DNA of 64,000 bases from an uncultured Gemmatimonadales bacterium (lineage in GTDB: Bacteria; Gemmatimonadota; Gemmatimonadetes; Gemmatimonadales; GWC2-71-9): contig CAVOGR010000001.1 in assembly GCA_963695555.1 (NCBI GenBank), forward strand, positions 896,001 through 960,000, written 5' to 3'. The number at the start of each line of letters is the position of its first letter. Position 1 is the stretch's first letter. The notes under the pieces were generated by a model, which saw nothing but the letters and a program-made list of their open reading frames with translations, made no database searches and was not told the origin of the DNA. Below are positions 18,506 through 29,500 of the stretch, piece by piece. The position numbers and the translations under genes are program-made.

Positions 18506-19349
18506 GGTGGAGACCCCATGCCGAGACCTCCTCCGCCAGGCCGGGGCCGCCCTCCGCCGGGCGGGCATTACCGCGCCTGAGCGGGAGGCCCGGTGGCTGG
18601 CCGAGGCGGTCTGGGGCGTCGGGAGTGCGGCTTTGCTGGGGGAGGAGCGTCTCCTTGGGCCCGGACAGATCGAGCGCTACCGGAATGCCGTGGCGCGGCG
18701 CCTGGCGGGTGAGCCGCTTGCGTACGTGACCGGGCAGGCGGCATTCCGCCATCTGATGCTCCGCTCCGACCGCCGTGCGCTCATCCCGCGGCCCGAGACC
18801 GAGGGTCTGGTCGATCTTGCGCTCACCCGCGTACCGGTAGGGCGGGCACTCGATATCGGCACCGGCACCGGCGCGATCGCGCTGAGCCTCGCCGCCGAGG
18901 GAGGCTACCACGACGTCGTAGCCACCGATCGCTCGCCTGACGCACTGGCGCTGGCCCGCGAGAATCGGTCACTCACCGGGCTCCGCATTGGGTTGGTATT
19001 GGACGATCTGGGATCCTCGCTGAGGCAGGCCTCGTTCGACGTGCTGGTATCGAATCCGCCGTACTTGAGCGCCGCCGAGGGTGCCACACTCGACCGAAGT
19101 GTGCGAGATTGGGAACCGGCAGAGGCGCTGGTGAGCGGGAGTGACGGACTCGCTGCCACGCGCAGGCTCCTCGTGGAGGGGCACCGGCTGCTTCGGCCGG
19201 GTGGCTGGATCGTTATCGAATTGGAGTGTTCACGCGCCGGCCGTTCGGCCGAGCTGGCGTCGGCGCATGGGTGGCTGGACGTTGCCGTCCTCGACGACCT
19301 ATTCAACCGCGCGCGCTACCTCGTGGCCCGCAGGAGTGACAGCCCGTGA
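18498..19349 (+). CDS. prmC: Release factor glutamine methyltransferase
   Basis: GEPLAY, LIPRPETE, DIGTGTG, SNPPY; follows prfA. Confidence 0.93.
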   Translation: MREVETPCRDLLRQAGAALRRAGITAPEREARWLAEAVWGVGSAALLGEERLLGPGQIERYRNAVARRLAGEPLAYVTGQAAFRHLMLRSDRRALIPRPETEGLVDLALTRVPVGRALDIGTGTGAIALSLAAEGGYHDVVATDRSPDALALARENRSLTGLRIGLVLDDLGSSLRQASFDVLVSNPPYLSAAEGATLDRSVRDWEPAEALVSGSDGLAATRRLLVEGHRLLRPGGWIVIELECSRAGRSAELASAHGWLDVAVLDDLFNRARYLVARRSDSP

Positions 19350-19696
19350 TCTGGGAAAAAGCCAAAGAATTGGGACGACTGATCGGTCAATCACCTGAGT
19401 ATCAGACTTTGCGGCGAGCGGAGGCCGGGCTCAGGGAGGACAAAGAAACCGTGGCGAAGCTCGATGCCATCAAGACCTTGGCGGCCAAAGTGGACCAGGC
19501 GGTCTCGAGTGGCCAGATGCCCGATCAGGAGATGACCAAGTCCTATGAACAAGCGGTGCGCGAGTTGGAGCTGAGTACGTCGGGCCAGGCGTACGTTGTG
19601 GCGCGGGCAAACTTCGAGAAGGTGATGCTCAAGGTGAACGAGCAGATCGGGCAAGGCATGGAAGAGGGCACGGCCAGCAAGATCATCACCCTCTGA
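19346..19696 (+). CDS. YlbF/YmcA-like helical protein
   Basis: I.EKAKELG..I.QSPEYQ N-terminus; all-helical; coupled between prmC and tmk. Confidence 0.7.
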   Translation: MIWEKAKELGRLIGQSPEYQTLRRAEAGLREDKETVAKLDAIKTLAAKVDQAVSSGQMPDQEMTKSYEQAVRELELSTSGQAYVVARANFEKVMLKVNEQIGQGMEEGTASKIITL

Positions 19697-20358
19697 TGAA
19701 AGTGCCCGGCTATTTCATCGTGGTGGAGGGACCGGAGGGGTCCGGGAAGTCCACCCTTGTCGCCGAACTGGCCGCGTGGATGGAGACGAGCGGGCTGAAG
19801 CCGGTCCGCGTGCGTGAGCCTGGTGGGACGCCGGTTGCGGAGGGCGCGCGCCGTTTGCTGCTCGACCCCCAGCTCGACGTCGCGCCCCTGGCCGAGGTCT
19901 TCCTCTACCTCGCAGCCCGGGCCGACCTGGTGCATCGGGTCATCCGGCCCGCATTGGAAGTGGGCGGCGTCGTATTGGCCGATCGGTTCGACCTGTCGAC
20001 GGAGATCTACCAAGTCGTCGGTCGGGGCCTCGATCGGGACATGGTGTTGGCGGCCAATCGGGCCGCAACCGGTGGGCTCAGGCCGGACATGACCCTGATC
20101 ACGGACGTACCGCCCGGTGTCGGCCTGGCCCGGCAGCAGCAGGGCCGGCAGGCGTTGGACCGCCTGGATCTAGAGAATCAGGCCTTCCACCAGCGTGTCA
20201 TCGAGGCGTACCTGGCGGTCGAAGGCCCCGGCGTGCGACATTTGGATGGAACCCTGCCGCCCGAGCAGCTCTTTGCCGCCGCCCGGGACGCCCTCGTGGC
20301 GGACCGGCCGGATCTTTTTTCGGGTCGGAACGTAGGGACAGAAAAGCAACGAACCTGA
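19696..20358 (+). CDS. tmk: Thymidylate kinase
   Basis: EGPEGSGKST, REPGGT, LADRF, GGLRPD. Confidence 0.93.
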   Translation: MKVPGYFIVVEGPEGSGKSTLVAELAAWMETSGLKPVRVREPGGTPVAEGARRLLLDPQLDVAPLAEVFLYLAARADLVHRVIRPALEVGGVVLADRFDLSTEIYQVVGRGLDRDMVLAANRAATGGLRPDMTLITDVPPGVGLARQQQGRQALDRLDLENQAFHQRVIEAYLAVEGPGVRHLDGTLPPEQLFAAARDALVADRPDLFSGRNVGTEKQRT

Positions 20359-20401
20359 GAGTCGGGCATGAGCGGCCCGCTCGCTCATGCCGGAGGCAAT
20401 C

Positions 20402-22036
20402 ATGAAGAATCGGTGGGGCATCATCGTACTCGTCGCCGCAGTCTCCTTCTTTACCGGAGGGTGGCTGCTGCAGCGGGGCGTCGCGAGCGACGGCAACGTG
20501 TACCAGCAGGCTCGTCTGTTCGACGACGTGTTGCACCACGTGCACGACTACTTCGTCGACTCGCTTGGCGAATCCGAACTCTACCAGCGCGCCACCACAG
20601 GAATGCTCGAGGGCCTCAAGGATCCCTACTCAGTGCTGTTGCAGGGTGAGGACTTCCAACGCCTGACGGAGCAGACCACGGGGAACTACGGCGGGCTCGG
20701 CATCCAGATCGATGTGCGCAATGGCTGGATCACGGTCGTGGCACCGCTGCCCGATACTCCAGCCGAAGCGGCAGGGGTACTGAGCGGCGATCAGATCATC
20801 GAGGTGGACGGGGTCTCGACCGAAGGCTGGTCGAGCGAGAAGGCCGTGAGCGTGCTTCGCGGCGAAGAAGGCACGTCGGTCGACATCAAGATACGCCGTG
20901 CCGGGATCGCCGAGTCGCTGCCTTTCAACTTGGCCCGGGCCGTCATCCACCTGCGCTCCGTCTCTCCCGGCATGCTGATGAGTGATGGTGTCGGCTACGT
21001 CGGACTGCGCGCGGTCAGCGAGACATCGGCCGATGAGCTGCAAGCGGAAATCGACAGCCTCGTCTCCCAAGGCATGAAATCGATGGTGCTCGATCTCCGG
21101 GGCAACCCGGGCGGGCTGCTGGACCAAGGCGTAAAGGTATCCGATCTGTTCCTCGACTCCGGACAGGAGATCGTCTCAACCCGGGGACGGGCTCGCGGGT
21201 CGTCCCGCGCCTACAGCGCCGAAGCCAAGCAGCGCTGGCCCAACCTGCCGATCGTCGTGCTGGTGGACGCGTGGAGCGCCAGCGCCTCCGAGATCATCGC
21301 CGGCGCCCTGCAGGACCATGACCGCGCGCTCGTGGTCGGCGTGCCCACCTTCGGTAAGGGTCTGGTGCAGACCCTCTTCCGGTTGGACGATGCCACGGCA
21401 CTCAAACTCACCACGGCGCGTTGGTTTACGCCCAGTGGACGAACCATTCAGCGGGAAGCACGGGACGCCGAGGATCAAGAGCGACAGGCGGAGATTGCCG
21501 CAGTCCATGACGGCGTGATGCCCGACTCCCTGCGGCCGGAAGGCGACACAACAGCCGTGCCGGAGTTCAAGACCGACGCGGGACGTATCGTGCGCGGTGG
21601 CGGCGGGATCGTTCCCGATATGATCGTACGGGCGGACACCTTGTCGGATGGGGAACAGGCGTTCTTCAATGACTTGGGAGCCAACCTCGCGGTCTACCGT
21701 GACGCTCTGACGAGCATTGCGCTCGAGCTGAAGGACTCCGGGGCGAGCCTGCCCGAGAGCTTCACCATCACGCCCGCCCTCAGGGCGCAGATGGCCGCGC
21801 GGTTGGTGGAGCGGGGCGTCGTCATCGATCCGACCGTGTACCAAGAGGCCCGGAGCATCATCGATGATCAATTGGGCTATGAGATTGCCCGCTACGTGAT
21901 CGGCCGGACCGCCGAAGTTCGCAGACGAGCGGCCAATGACCTGCAACTCCAACGCGCCCTCGTGTTGCTCGAGCAAGCCGGCTCTCCCCGCGACTTGCTG
22001 GCCAAGGTGGAGCAAGAAGCCCGAAAGAACCCATAG
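20402..22036 (+). CDS. S41 family C-terminal processing peptidase (PDZ), copy 1
   Basis: DPYS, GGLGI, LDLRGNPGG, SASASEI, TFGKG, TPSGR; ATG after GGAGG. Confidence 0.92.
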   Translation: MKNRWGIIVLVAAVSFFTGGWLLQRGVASDGNVYQQARLFDDVLHHVHDYFVDSLGESELYQRATTGMLEGLKDPYSVLLQGEDFQRLTEQTTGNYGGLGIQIDVRNGWITVVAPLPDTPAEAAGVLSGDQIIEVDGVSTEGWSSEKAVSVLRGEEGTSVDIKIRRAGIAESLPFNLARAVIHLRSVSPGMLMSDGVGYVGLRAVSETSADELQAEIDSLVSQGMKSMVLDLRGNPGGLLDQGVKVSDLFLDSGQEIVSTRGRARGSSRAYSAEAKQRWPNLPIVVLVDAWSASASEIIAGALQDHDRALVVGVPTFGKGLVQTLFRLDDATALKLTTARWFTPSGRTIQREARDAEDQERQAEIAAVHDGVMPDSLRPEGDTTAVPEFKTDAGRIVRGGGGIVPDMIVRADTLSDGEQAFFNDLGANLAVYRDALTSIALELKDSGASLPESFTITPALRAQMAARLVERGVVIDPTVYQEARSIIDDQLGYEIARYVIGRTAEVRRRAANDLQLQRALVLLEQAGSPRDLLAKVEQEARKNP

Positions 22037-22144
22037 CATATTGGTCTCGAGGAGAAGCCGGCGGCATTCCCGCCGTCCGTACACCAAGCCCAGGGAGCAG
22101 CCAGTGACGCCGCTACCCTGGGCGCTTGCCGTCTCGGGGGTGGC

Positions 22145-23008
22145 ATGACCGGATACCGCGTCGCAATCGTCGGTGCGGGCCGTATGGGGCAGGCCTTGGG
22201 TCTGGCCATGGCGGAGGCCCGCTACACCGTGGTGCTCCTCAGCCGGTCCCCGCGCACCCTGGCGCTGCCCGTCGCCATCGAGGTACACGACTGGGCCTCC
22301 CGGCTGGCGAAGTCGGAAGTCGTGCTCATTGCCACACCAGACCATGCCATTGAGACGGTTGCGCAACGGCTCGGCGGGGAGAACGCGATTGGCCCGGATC
22401 ATGCTGTTTTCCATGTGTCGGGCTGGCACGACCGGCGGGCCATTCGGGCCCTCGAAGGAAGCGGGGCGGCATTGGGTTCGTTCCACCCGCTTCAGGCGAT
22501 TGCGAGCCCGTCCCACGCGGCGGAACGCCTGGTCGGCGCGTACGTCGGAATCGAAGGCGATCCGCGCGCGATCGAGATCGGGATGCGCATGGCCCACGAT
22601 CTGCGCATGAACCCGGTGGAGATCCCGGCCGGCGCGAAGGCGGGCTACCACGCCGGTGCGACGATCGTGGCGAGCTACACGGTGGCCCTGATGGCGTTGG
22701 CGAGTCGCGTCGCGGAGCGGGCCGGGATTCGACCGGAGCTGGCCCAGCGATTGTACGTGCCGCTCCTCCGAGGAGTGAGCGCCAACCTGGCTGAGGGGAA
22801 TCCGGCCGCTGCGTTGACCGGCCCCATCATGCGAGGCGACGTCGAGACGGTGGTGGCCCACCTGGCCGAGCTGGCACCGGAGGAGCGGCCACTCTACCGC
22901 GCGCTGGGACGCTTTGCGCTGGAGCTGGCGAGGTCGAAGGGTCTGGACGATGCGGCTGCTGCTGGGCTCGCCCAAGCGCTGGCCGATGTCGAGGATGGCG
23001 ATGCGTGA
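22145..23008 (+). CDS. Rossmann-like + DUF2520 oxidoreductase (PanG-type ketopantoate reductase-like)
   Basis: IVGAGRMG, PDHAI, FH.SG, FHPLQ, YHA, ALTGPIMRGD. Confidence 0.85.
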   Translation: MTGYRVAIVGAGRMGQALGLAMAEARYTVVLLSRSPRTLALPVAIEVHDWASRLAKSEVVLIATPDHAIETVAQRLGGENAIGPDHAVFHVSGWHDRRAIRALEGSGAALGSFHPLQAIASPSHAAERLVGAYVGIEGDPRAIEIGMRMAHDLRMNPVEIPAGAKAGYHAGATIVASYTVALMALASRVAERAGIRPELAQRLYVPLLRGVSANLAEGNPAAALTGPIMRGDVETVVAHLAELAPEERPLYRALGRFALELARSKGLDDAAAAGLAQALADVEDGDA

Positions 23009-23088
23009 TGCCGCCCGAGGGCCCAGACGCTGCTCCATCCGGGAGGAGATACCAGCCCTTGCAAGGGCGCTGAATTGGAGGGCATACG

Positions 23089-24678
23089 ATGCGGCGGAAG
23101 TGGTTCACCGCCAGTGTGTTCGTGGCGATTCTCTTGGGGAGCGGCGCCTGGTTGGTGCAGGGGTCGATCCCGAGCGACCGGCCGGTCTACGACCAGGCCC
23201 GGCTGCTCGAGAGCGTCGTGGACCTGGTGGCGAACTACTACGTCGACTCCATCGGCGAGGGCGACCTCTATCAGCGCGCGGCTCGCGGGGTGGTCGAGAA
23301 GCTGAACGACCCCTACAGCGTCTTGCTGATCGGACCCGAATTTCGCCGCGCAAACGAACGGTCGACCGGTAACTACGGCGGGATCGGGGCTCAAGTCGAC
23401 GCGCGAGCCGGGTCGATTATGGTCGTCGCTCCGCTCCCTGATTCGCCTGCCGAGCGGGCCGGACTTCAATCCGGCGACCGCATCCTCGCGATCGACGGCG
23501 TCCCGACCCGCGAATGGACTCTACGTGAAGCCGCGACGAGCCTTCGCGGGCCTATCGGAACAACCGTCGTCCTCACGGTCAAGCGTATCGGACTCGACGC
23601 TTCGCTCACCCTCCCCGTCACGCGAGACCGCATCCACCGTCGTGGTGTCAAAGAAGGCATCATGCTCGATGACGGCGTCGGGTACATTTCCTACGATTTC
23701 GTGAGCGAGAACTCGGCCCGGGAGCTTGGGCTGGAGGTTGCGCGCCTCGCCGCGGCCGGCATGCACAGCCTGGTGCTCGATCTCCGTGGCAACCCAGGCG
23801 GGATGCGCGATGAATCGATCGCTGCGGCGGACCTATTGCTGGATCCGGGGGATACGCTGCTGGTGACGTGGGGTCGGGTGGAGAGCGAATCCCACGATTT
23901 CATCGACGAGTTTCCCCAACAGTGGCCCGACCTCCGCCTCGCCGTGCTGGTCGACGGTCAGTCGGCGAGCGCGGCGGAGATCCTGGCCGGAGCCGTGCAA
24001 GACCACGATCGCGGCCTGGTCGTCGGGGAGCCGACGTACGGGAAGGGATTGGTACAGACTCAGTTCCGGCTCGGCGAGGATGTTGCGCTCCGGATTACGA
24101 CGGCCCGCTGGTACACGCCAAGCGGCCGGTCGATCCAACGGGCGGAAGCCGATGTAGGGGTCGCGCACCCGTCCAGGTTGGACACTGGCCCGGTGGTGTA
24201 TCAAAGCTCTGGCGGGCGCACGCTCCAGGGTGGCGGAGGGATCGTCCCCGATGTGGAGATTCCGCGGGACTCGATGCCCGATTCCGAGCAGGCACTCGCC
24301 GAAGTGCTCACGCCCCATCTCGCGCTCTTTCACGACGCGCTCACGGCGGCCGCGCTGGACCTCAAGCGAGTCGGCACGGTCGAGCCCGAGGAGTTTGCCG
24401 TGACCGACAACATGCGTCGCGACATTCTGCGTCGGTTGGCGGATGCGGGGGTCGAGCTTGAGACCGAGACGGTTCGGCTCGGTGGATCGCTCATCGATCG
24501 TCAGCTCGGGTACGAGATCGCCCGCTATAATTTCGGGCTTGCGGCGGAAATGCGGCGTCGAGCCTTGGACGACGGCCAGCTCCAGCAAGCCGTCCGACTC
24601 CTGCGCCAGTCTCAAACGACCGAGGCGCTGCTCGGATTGTTGCCCCGGACCCGCGCCCACGCCGTCAACCCTGGCTGA
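23089..24678 (+). CDS. S41 family C-terminal processing peptidase (PDZ), copy 2
   Basis: DPYS, GGIG, LDLRGNPGG, SASAAEI, TYGKG, YTPSGRSIQ. Confidence 0.92.
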   Translation: MRRKWFTASVFVAILLGSGAWLVQGSIPSDRPVYDQARLLESVVDLVANYYVDSIGEGDLYQRAARGVVEKLNDPYSVLLIGPEFRRANERSTGNYGGIGAQVDARAGSIMVVAPLPDSPAERAGLQSGDRILAIDGVPTREWTLREAATSLRGPIGTTVVLTVKRIGLDASLTLPVTRDRIHRRGVKEGIMLDDGVGYISYDFVSENSARELGLEVARLAAAGMHSLVLDLRGNPGGMRDESIAAADLLLDPGDTLLVTWGRVESESHDFIDEFPQQWPDLRLAVLVDGQSASAAEILAGAVQDHDRGLVVGEPTYGKGLVQTQFRLGEDVALRITTARWYTPSGRSIQRAEADVGVAHPSRLDTGPVVYQSSGGRTLQGGGGIVPDVEIPRDSMPDSEQALAEVLTPHLALFHDALTAAALDLKRVGTVEPEEFAVTDNMRRDILRRLADAGVELETETVRLGGSLIDRQLGYEIARYNFGLAAEMRRRALDDGQLQQAVRLLRQSQTTEALLGLLPRTRAHAVNPG

Positions 24679-24702
24679 GGCCGCTCGCCGGCCCCGACGG
24701 GC

Positions 24703-25359
24703 CTACTGATCAACAATCCGGACGCCGCTCGGGGCCCGGAACTCGAAGATTCCCTTGGGGAGCGCCGCGTTGAGCCGCGGGGCGGTGAGCGTGATGGTCC
24801 GGCTCGTGCCGTTGAGCTCTGTGAGTTGAACCCGCCGTGGCAACGCGCTTTCCTTGTCCAGCCAGACGACCGCCGCGCTGAACGGCAGATCGCGGTCGAT
24901 GGGATCCAACCCAATGACCGCTACCGGGTGCCCCGCCAACTCTTCGGAGCGGAGCAGGGTTGCCTGGTACCGTTCTTTTGGCCGGTCGAGAATCCAGCTC
25001 ATGACGTTGACGCCGTAGGTCGGCGTCTTGGCCAGCGCTATTCGGAGTACCTGCTTCGGCGCGGTGCTTGGGGTGTAGACCCAGAGGAAAGCACCATCGG
25101 CCACAATGGCCTCGTCGGGCGGATCGCGGAAGCGCATGGACAAGCGCGACTCGCCGGCCTGCCACAATTCGCCGCGGCTCTCGAACCGGCCGATCATGGC
25201 GTTGTCGATGACTTGAATGAACTCCGACTGAAGCGATGTCGCGGAGCGATATTGTGCCGCGGCTCGCTCGAGCAGGGGCCACGGCGATGGCGACTGGGGT
25301 GCTGCGGCCGCAACCTGGAGCGCGGCGGCCACGACGGCCATGGGCAACGCCGGGCTCAT
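24703..25359 (-). CDS. lolA: Outer-membrane lipoprotein carrier LolA
   Basis: Signal peptide; [25 protein letters not shown]. Confidence 0.8.
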   Translation of the reverse strand: MSPALPMAVVAAALQVAAAAPQSPSPWPLLERAAAQYRSATSLQSEFIQVIDNAMIGRFESRGELWQAGESRLSMRFRDPPDEAIVADGAFLWVYTPSTAPKQVLRIALAKTPTYGVNVMSWILDRPKERYQATLLRSEELAGHPVAVIGLDPIDRDLPFSAAVVWLDKESALPRRVQLTELNGTSRTITLTAPRLNAALPKGIFEFRAPSGVRIVDQ

Positions 25360-26396
25360 GAGCGGACGGTCGCGGGCTCAGCGATGCGGCGCCCGATCGC
25401 CTCGGCGATCGAGCGGCACTGATGCATGAGGTCGCTGAATTGGGCCGGGTGGAGGCTCTGGGCCCCGTCCGACAGGGCATGATCCGGGTTGGGGTGCACC
25501 TCCACCAACAACCCATCAGCCCCGGCCGCCACGGCAGCCCGCGCCATCGATTGGACCATGCTCCGCCGCCCAATCCCGTGGCTGGGGTCGGCCACGATCG
25601 GCAGATGCGATAGCTCACGAATGACGGGAATGGCGCTCACGTCGAACAGGTTGCGTGTGGCCGAGTCGAACCCACGAATGCCACGCTCACAGAGAATGAC
25701 GTTGGGGTTCCCCTCCGCCAGGATATACTCGGCTGAGAGCAGCAGCTCCTCGATGGTGGCGGCGCTGCCCCGCTTGAGCAGGATCGGCTTCTCGGTGCGG
25801 CCCGCGCCCTTCAAAAGCGGATAGTTCTGCATGTTCCGGGCGCCGATCTGAATGATGTCGGCCACCTCGGCCACGGCGTCCATCTCACGCGGGTCCATGA
25901 CCTCCGTCACGATGCGCAAGCCGGTTTCCTGGCGAGCCCGGGCCAGCAGTGCCAAGCCGGGCCTGCCGAGGCCCTGGAACGAGTAGGGCGAGCTGCGGGG
26001 CTTGAAGGCGCCGCCGCGCAGGACGGTCGCGCCGGCTTCCCGCACCGCATGCGCCACGGTCAAGATTTGTCGTTCGCTTTCCACCGAACACGGGCCCGCC
26101 ATCACGACGACCTCTCGATCGCCGATGGCACCCCCGTCGGAGAGCTGGACGACGGTGGGGTCGGGATGCCACTCGCGCGAGACCTCCCGGTACGGCCGTG
26201 TCACATGGATCACATCCTGCACACCACTCAGGGCGGCGAAGCGCGTGCCGTCGAGCCGGCCGTCGTTACCGACGACGGCCACGGCCGTGCGCTGTCCACC
26301 CGGCAGCGTCTTGGCCGAGCATCCCATTTCCTGGATCAGGGCCACGACCAGCTGGATATCTTCTTCGGTGGCGCCATGACGCATCACCACGAGCAT
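25356..26396 (-). CDS. aroF: DAHP synthase (type I-beta, N-terminal regulatory domain)
   Basis: MLVVM start; [52 protein letters not shown]. Confidence 0.93.
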   Translation of the reverse strand: MLVVMRHGATEEDIQLVVALIQEMGCSAKTLPGGQRTAVAVVGNDGRLDGTRFAALSGVQDVIHVTRPYREVSREWHPDPTVVQLSDGGAIGDREVVVMAGPCSVESERQILTVAHAVREAGATVLRGGAFKPRSSPYSFQGLGRPGLALLARARQETGLRIVTEVMDPREMDAVAEVADIIQIGARNMQNYPLLKGAGRTEKPILLKRGSAATIEELLLSAEYILAEGNPNVILCERGIRGFDSATRNLFDVSAIPVIRELSHLPIVADPSHGIGRRSMVQSMARAAVAAGADGLLVEVHPNPDHALSDGAQSLHPAQFSDLMHQCRSIAEAIGRRIAEPATVRS

Positions 26397-26567
26397 GTGC
26401 GACCTCGAAATCGGACGACTCAACTCACACGCCCGCCGGGCCTCGACCCGGTGGGCGTCTCGATTGTGGGGGCCTCGAGCCGGCTTGGCAAGTGTTGGCT
26501 CCCGAGCCCTCGAAGCCTACCACGGTCCTCGCGTGCTGGAAAGAGGCCTTTCGCGCGATCCCGGCTC

Positions 26568-29500
26568 TCAGGCGACCGCTTCGACCGCCTGGTGCTCGCC
26601 TAGGCGCACGCCGACCACACTGGAGACCCCAGGTTCCTGCATCGTGACGCCGTAGACCGCGTCGGCCGCCTGCATGGTGCGGGGGTTGTGGGTGATCACG
26701 ATGAACTGGCTCGTCTGCTTGAACTCATCCAAGAGCCGGGTGAAGCGACCGACATTCGCGTCGTCCAGCGGAGCGTCGACCTCGTCCATCAGGCAGAAGG
26801 GACTCGGCTTCGTCAGATAGATACTGAAGAGCAGGGACACGGCCACCAGCGTCCGCTCACCCGAGGAGAGCAAATGGATCCGCTGGGTGCGCTTGCCTCG
26901 CGGAGCTGCGTGAATTTCGATTTCGCTCTCGAGCGGATCGTCGAGCTCGGCCAGGCTGAGGCTGCACTCGCCGCCCCCGAACAGGGTCTGAAATACCTTC
27001 GAGAAATTCTGCTGGACGGCGTGGAACGTCTCCAAAAACATGGTGCGCGCCGTCGTGTCGATCTCCCGGATTGCCTGCAGCAGCGACCGCCGGGCCGAGA
27101 CGAGATCGTCCCGTTGGGTTTGGAGGAATTCGAAACGCTTGACCTCCTCGGCGTGCTCCTCCATAGCAAGGGGATTGACCGGCCCGATCGTTTCGAGGGT
27201 TTCTCGAATGCGTTCGGCCTCGGCCTCGAGGGTCTCGAGGTCGAGGTCGAGCAACTCCACGTCCTCACTCAAAGTGTCGAGCGGTCGTTTCCACTCGGTT
27301 TCCACTCGTTCGGTGATCCGACGCCGTTCAGCGCCCACTTCCGCCGCCTCGAGACGGAGCGCGTGGAGCTCTTCGTTCAGGGCTTCGGCCTCTCGACGCG
27401 CTGCGCCAAGCGCCTCCTCCGCGAGTGTGAGTTCCGCGTCCGCTCCGGAGAATGTCGCTTCCGCCTCGGCTGTCGCCGTCTCCAATTCCAACACGGCCAC
27501 ACGCCCCTCGGCCTTCGCCTCTTCCCACTCGGCCTGTTGAGCCGTCAGTCGCTCAGTGTCGGAGTCGATCCGGTGGAGCTCGTCGGTCAGGGCCTTGGCT
27601 GACGAATCCGCCTCGGCGCGCTCGCGCGCCAGCCGCTCGGCTGCCTCACGCGATGCGCGTTGTCGGGCGTCGATGTGGGCGATCTGAACTTGCCAATGCA
27701 CGCGGCCTTCTCGGGCCGATTCCAGTTCCGTCTCGAGTTCGTTCAATCGGGCCCGGGCCGCACCCAGATCTTCCTCGAGTCGAGCTCGCCCAACCGCACC
27801 AGACGTGAGTTCCTGATCGATCTCTGCCAGCCGCGTCTCCGCACGATGCAGGCGCTCTCCGACTCGTCCGAGCTCGGTTTCCGCCGTCGCCAGCTCGCGC
27901 TCGAGGCCCGCCGCGAGCCGAATGAGGTCCTCCCGCGTCGCTATCCCTCTGCGTTCTTCCTCCCGGGCTTCTTCCATGGTCTGGGTTGCTTGGGCCAGCG
28001 CCGCTTCGCGGGACGTGATGCGCGATACCGCAGCAGCCACCGTGCTCTCCGCGGTGGTGAGCGACAGGGTTGCCGCTGCCGCGACTTGCACCAATGCGTC
28101 GAGTTCGGCGCGACGCTGAAGCGGACCGGTCGGCCCCGCGGGCGCCGACAGCACGATGGCCCCGGTGGGATGACGCACCACTTCGCCTGCGTCATCGAGC
28201 ACTTCGGCCCCACCGAGTATGGCTTCGACCCACCGGGCCGCTGCCCGGTCCTCGATGTGGAGGCGGTTGTCGAGCGGTTGGCCTGAAGCCGGAACCGGCG
28301 GGACCTGATCGGCAGGGAGCAAGACCACGGTGCTGCCCTTGGAGGACGCATGCCACGCCTGGATAGCCGGCAGGCTAGCCGCATCGCGGATCAGGACCGC
28401 GTGCATCCACTCACCGAGAAGACGTTCGGCCAGCTTGGCATCGTCTTGCGAGGTCCGGATGAAATCGCTGAGGGGTCCGAGCACGGCATCGCCGAAGCGT
28501 GCGCGCGCGCCGAGCAAAGCAGCCGCACCGGGAGCGAGACCGACCCGGTCGCGCTCCAATTCCTCCAAGGCCTGGCGCCGGGCGGTGATCTGGGCCAAGG
28601 ACTCCTCGGCGCGCCTCCGGTCTGCCCTGGCCAAGGCCTCCTGTTCCCGCGCTTCCGCGACGAGGTGCCGGCCCCGTTCCGCGTCGCTGGCGGCCTCGCG
28701 CGCCCGCTCGACCCGCCGGTCGGCTTCACTCGATGCCTCAGCCCGCCGGCGCTCGATGGTGCCCAGCTCGGCCTCGGTCGCGGAGTGACGGGTTGTCGCC
28801 TGGGAGAGCTGTTCACGGAGTGTGGCCAAGTCCCCTTCGAGCGCCGAGTGTTCGCCCTCGAGTGAGCGGTGGGTCTGCACTTGCTGGTGCAGGCGCTCTT
28901 CGAGCTGGCGCACGTTGTCGCGTTGTTCACCGAGGCGCTGGCGGACCGCGTCCTCCGCGCTGGTTCGAGTGGTCAGCTCGCCATGGATTCGGTCGTGCTC
29001 CAGCGCGGCCTCCTGGAGGTGCTGGCTTGCCGTTTCCCGCTCCCGCTCGGCCACGAGGGCCCGGGACTCGAGGTCGGCGCGCTCCGCCTCGAGGCGCTCA
29101 CGCCGGGCTGCCGCGTTGGCCAGTCGCTCGCGTGCGAGCGCCAGGTCTCCATCGAGCCGCCCCACGTCGACCGAGGCGGCCGTGAGTCGGCGGGCGACCT
29201 CGGTGCGCTGCGTCTCGTTGGCCGTGCGCCGAGCGGCGCACGCTTCTCGATGCCGCTCCCGGGCTCCGAGCGTCGCCCGAGCCTCGGGCACCAAGACCTC
29301 CAGCTCGGCGTGCCGTGCCTCCATGCCTGCCGCGGCCTGGCGCAGTTGTTCCAGCTTCTTCCGGGCAAGGGTCACATCCACCGCGAGCTTTTCTGCCATC
29401 AGCTTGGTGTGGCGCTCGGCTTTGCCTCGCTGCCGTGCCAGGCTCCTGATCTGGGTTTGGACCTCGGCGATGAGATCTTCCACACGCTGGAGATCGATTC

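Noticed and set aside
21176..23038. 620-aa minus-strand ORF (and similar ones at 1347-2543 and 54713-56266)
   Set aside because: Shadow ORFs opposite motif-bearing genes
26430..26458. Attenuator upstream of aroF
   Set aside because: A hairpin is present, but no U-tract or aromatic-rich leader peptide was found
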